A stretch of DNA of 64,000 nucleotides from positions 17,434-81,433 of the forward strand of contig JAZSBO010000024.1 of assembly GCA_045602425.1 (NCBI GenBank), written 5' to 3'. The translations under genes and the position numbers were made by a program. Within the stretch, counting starts at the first letter, position 1; each line of letters begins with the position of its first letter. Positions 62,967-64,000 of the stretch are shown piece by piece. Origin of the DNA: Paludibacteraceae bacterium. GTDB taxonomy: Bacteria; Bacteroidota; Bacteroidia; Bacteroidales; Paludibacteraceae. The notes under the pieces were generated by a model. That model did no database searches. It had not been told where the DNA came from and was given only the letters and a program-made list of their open reading frames with translations.

Positions 62967-63881
62967 TTATACAAACTGTAACTCCATTTGTAACTGCTTT
63001 TGGGGAGTATCTACACGTGGTTGCAAATCAAAATTAAATACAAGTGCTTCAACCATAGAATGACGATTTTCTATATGTCCGCCATTGTGGTAAAAATGTT
63101 CTTGTGTTTCGATATTAAAGCGTCCCCAAAACTTATCAATCATCTCGTTTGAACGAAATTCATTGTGGTGCCATGTTGATAATATGAAATGTGCAGGGGT
63201 TTGCGACAACGCATTAAAAAGTTTTTCTTCATCTTGTTCTGTCCAACCATTGTAATAATCAACGTAGCGTCCGAAGTATGGTGGGTCACAATAAATTAAA
63301 TCTCCTCTATGAGCTGATTCAATTGTTAACAAGAAGTCTTGATTGCGAAATTCCCAATCATAACGTTTTAGAATTCTTTTAGTTTCTTGTATTTGGTTGC
63401 AAATTTTAGTCACATACGCTGGTGCGAATCTATCTGGTTTTTTGCAGAAAGGAATGTTCCATTCCCCTTTGCGGTTAAAACGCATCATTCCATTGAATCC
63501 TGCACGCGATAGAAAGATAAAATCAAACGAACTATGCGCTGAATTAAACCTATTTTTCACTTCCCTAAAGTGTACGTAACCATTTTCATCTGCCTTAGAA
63601 AGCAGATCTCCTTCTTGATTTAAATAGCTGCGCATATTATGTGGTGTAATATCACCAGATTGTATGCCCTTGTAAAAGTTTATGATATGTGGATTTGTAT
63701 CACTTACAACACGTTTTCCTCCCACAATAGTATTCAATCCAACAACGCCTGTTCCGAAGAAGGGTTCAATCCAATTGGTATTGGGTATGTCAAGGCCAGA
63801 TTGAAGAACTATGTCGTTAATCCAAGGGACAAGTTTGGTCTTTATACCTTGAGATTTGATTGCTGGAACTATTACAGACAT
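62967..63881 (-). CDS. Dam-family (D12 class) N6-adenine DNA methyltransferase
   Basis: 304 aa. Motif I EPFFGTGVVG. LSRAGFNGMMRFNRKGEWNIPFCK. Motif IV IYCDPPYFGR. Confidence 0.85.
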   Translation of the reverse strand: MSVIVPAIKSQGIKTKLVPWINDIVLQSGLDIPNTNWIEPFFGTGVVGLNTIVGGKRVVSDTNPHIINFYKGIQSGDITPHNMRSYLNQEGDLLSKADENGYVHFREVKNRFNSAHSSFDFIFLSRAGFNGMMRFNRKGEWNIPFCKKPDRFAPAYVTKICNQIQETKRILKRYDWEFRNQDFLLTIESAHRGDLIYCDPPYFGRYVDYYNGWTEQDEEKLFNALSQTPAHFILSTWHHNEFRSNEMIDKFWGRFNIETQEHFYHNGGHIENRHSMVEALVFNFDLQPRVDTPQKQLQMELQFV

Positions 63882-63887
63882 AATGAC

Positions 63888-64000
63888 TTATTTTAGTTTG
63901 TTCAACTTATCAGATTGTGATTTCAGATACTCTTTGTAAGTAGCAAGATTGTGGTAATGGGGTTCACCGATGCCAGCGGTACGGGCATCCACCTTGTTGA
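63888..64000 (-). CDS. 3' end of an unidentified gene running off the right edge
   Basis: The reverse strand reads ...NKVDARTAGIGEPHYHNLATYKEYLKSQSDKLNKLK* with stop at 63888-63890, 6 nt upstream of the methyltransferase ATG. It is absent from the ORF track because it is open-ended. Confidence 0.5.
   Translation of the reverse strand, partial: NKVDARTAGIGEPHYHNLATYKEYLKSQSDKLNKLK

Noticed and set aside
1-64000. I searched for prophage, integrase, transposase, IS ends, rRNA, tmRNA and RNase P RNA.
   Set aside because: No ORF shows integrase, transposase or phage structural motifs, and no long terminal inverted repeats or rRNA-like sequence were noticed. The only mobile-looking signals are compositional patches and the methyltransferase edge.

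Overview
This is a 64-kb chromosomal segment that looks like Bacteroidota, probably Bacteroidales. The evidence is many exact TAnnTTTG -7 promoter motifs just upstream of genes, no Shine-Dalgarno dependence, a T9SS C-terminal sorting domain, BACON/CarboxypepD_reg lipoproteins, a GT3-type glycogen synthase and PPDK. All calls come from reading the ORF track and the DNA by eye. No similarity search, folding program or statistics was run.

The backbone is housekeeping:
- Information and stress: ABC-F ATPase, RluB-like pseudouridine synthase, htpG, a tRNA with CAU anticodon, yidD-rnpA.
- Metabolism: thyA, ppdK, a glgP/glycogen-synthase pair, aroE, folB, rfbB.
- Envelope and glycans: a small glycan-synthesis cluster (flippase, GT2, GT4, FemAB-like), a DsbD-like protein, two GH2-type hydrolases and a GH33 sialidase.

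Several accessory or poorly understood blocks are interleaved:
1. A six-gene envelope operon (21668-28396) sits behind a 71-aa HTH gene. It encodes LPP20/FlgP-like lipoproteins, a DUF5683-like membrane protein and four CarboxypepD_reg lipoproteins. Three of those are mosaic paralogs, two of which end in DUF1566 lectin-like heads.
2. A second, paralogous LPP20-type lipoprotein module with a CsgG/FlgO-like partner lies at 55113-58463.
3. A paralogous 71-aa HTH gene (50387-50602) has a long structured leader. It is followed by a soluble ComEC-like MBL hydrolase with a Cys/His cluster, a minimal T9SS substrate and another DUF1566-like protein.
4. An unannotated, promoter- and terminator-bounded structured RNA candidate with 6S-like architecture lies at about 54890-55116.
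5. A GC-richer three-gene patch (17.6-20.4 kb) includes a transglutaminase-like protein and a TlpA-like thioredoxin.
6. An island edge lies beyond rnpA (62.35-64 kb). It holds an orphan promoter, AGTAACAA repeats, a truncated AlbA_2-type gene remnant, a Dam-family methyltransferase and a partial upstream gene.

No CRISPR array, rRNA, transposase, integrase or reverse transcriptase was seen.
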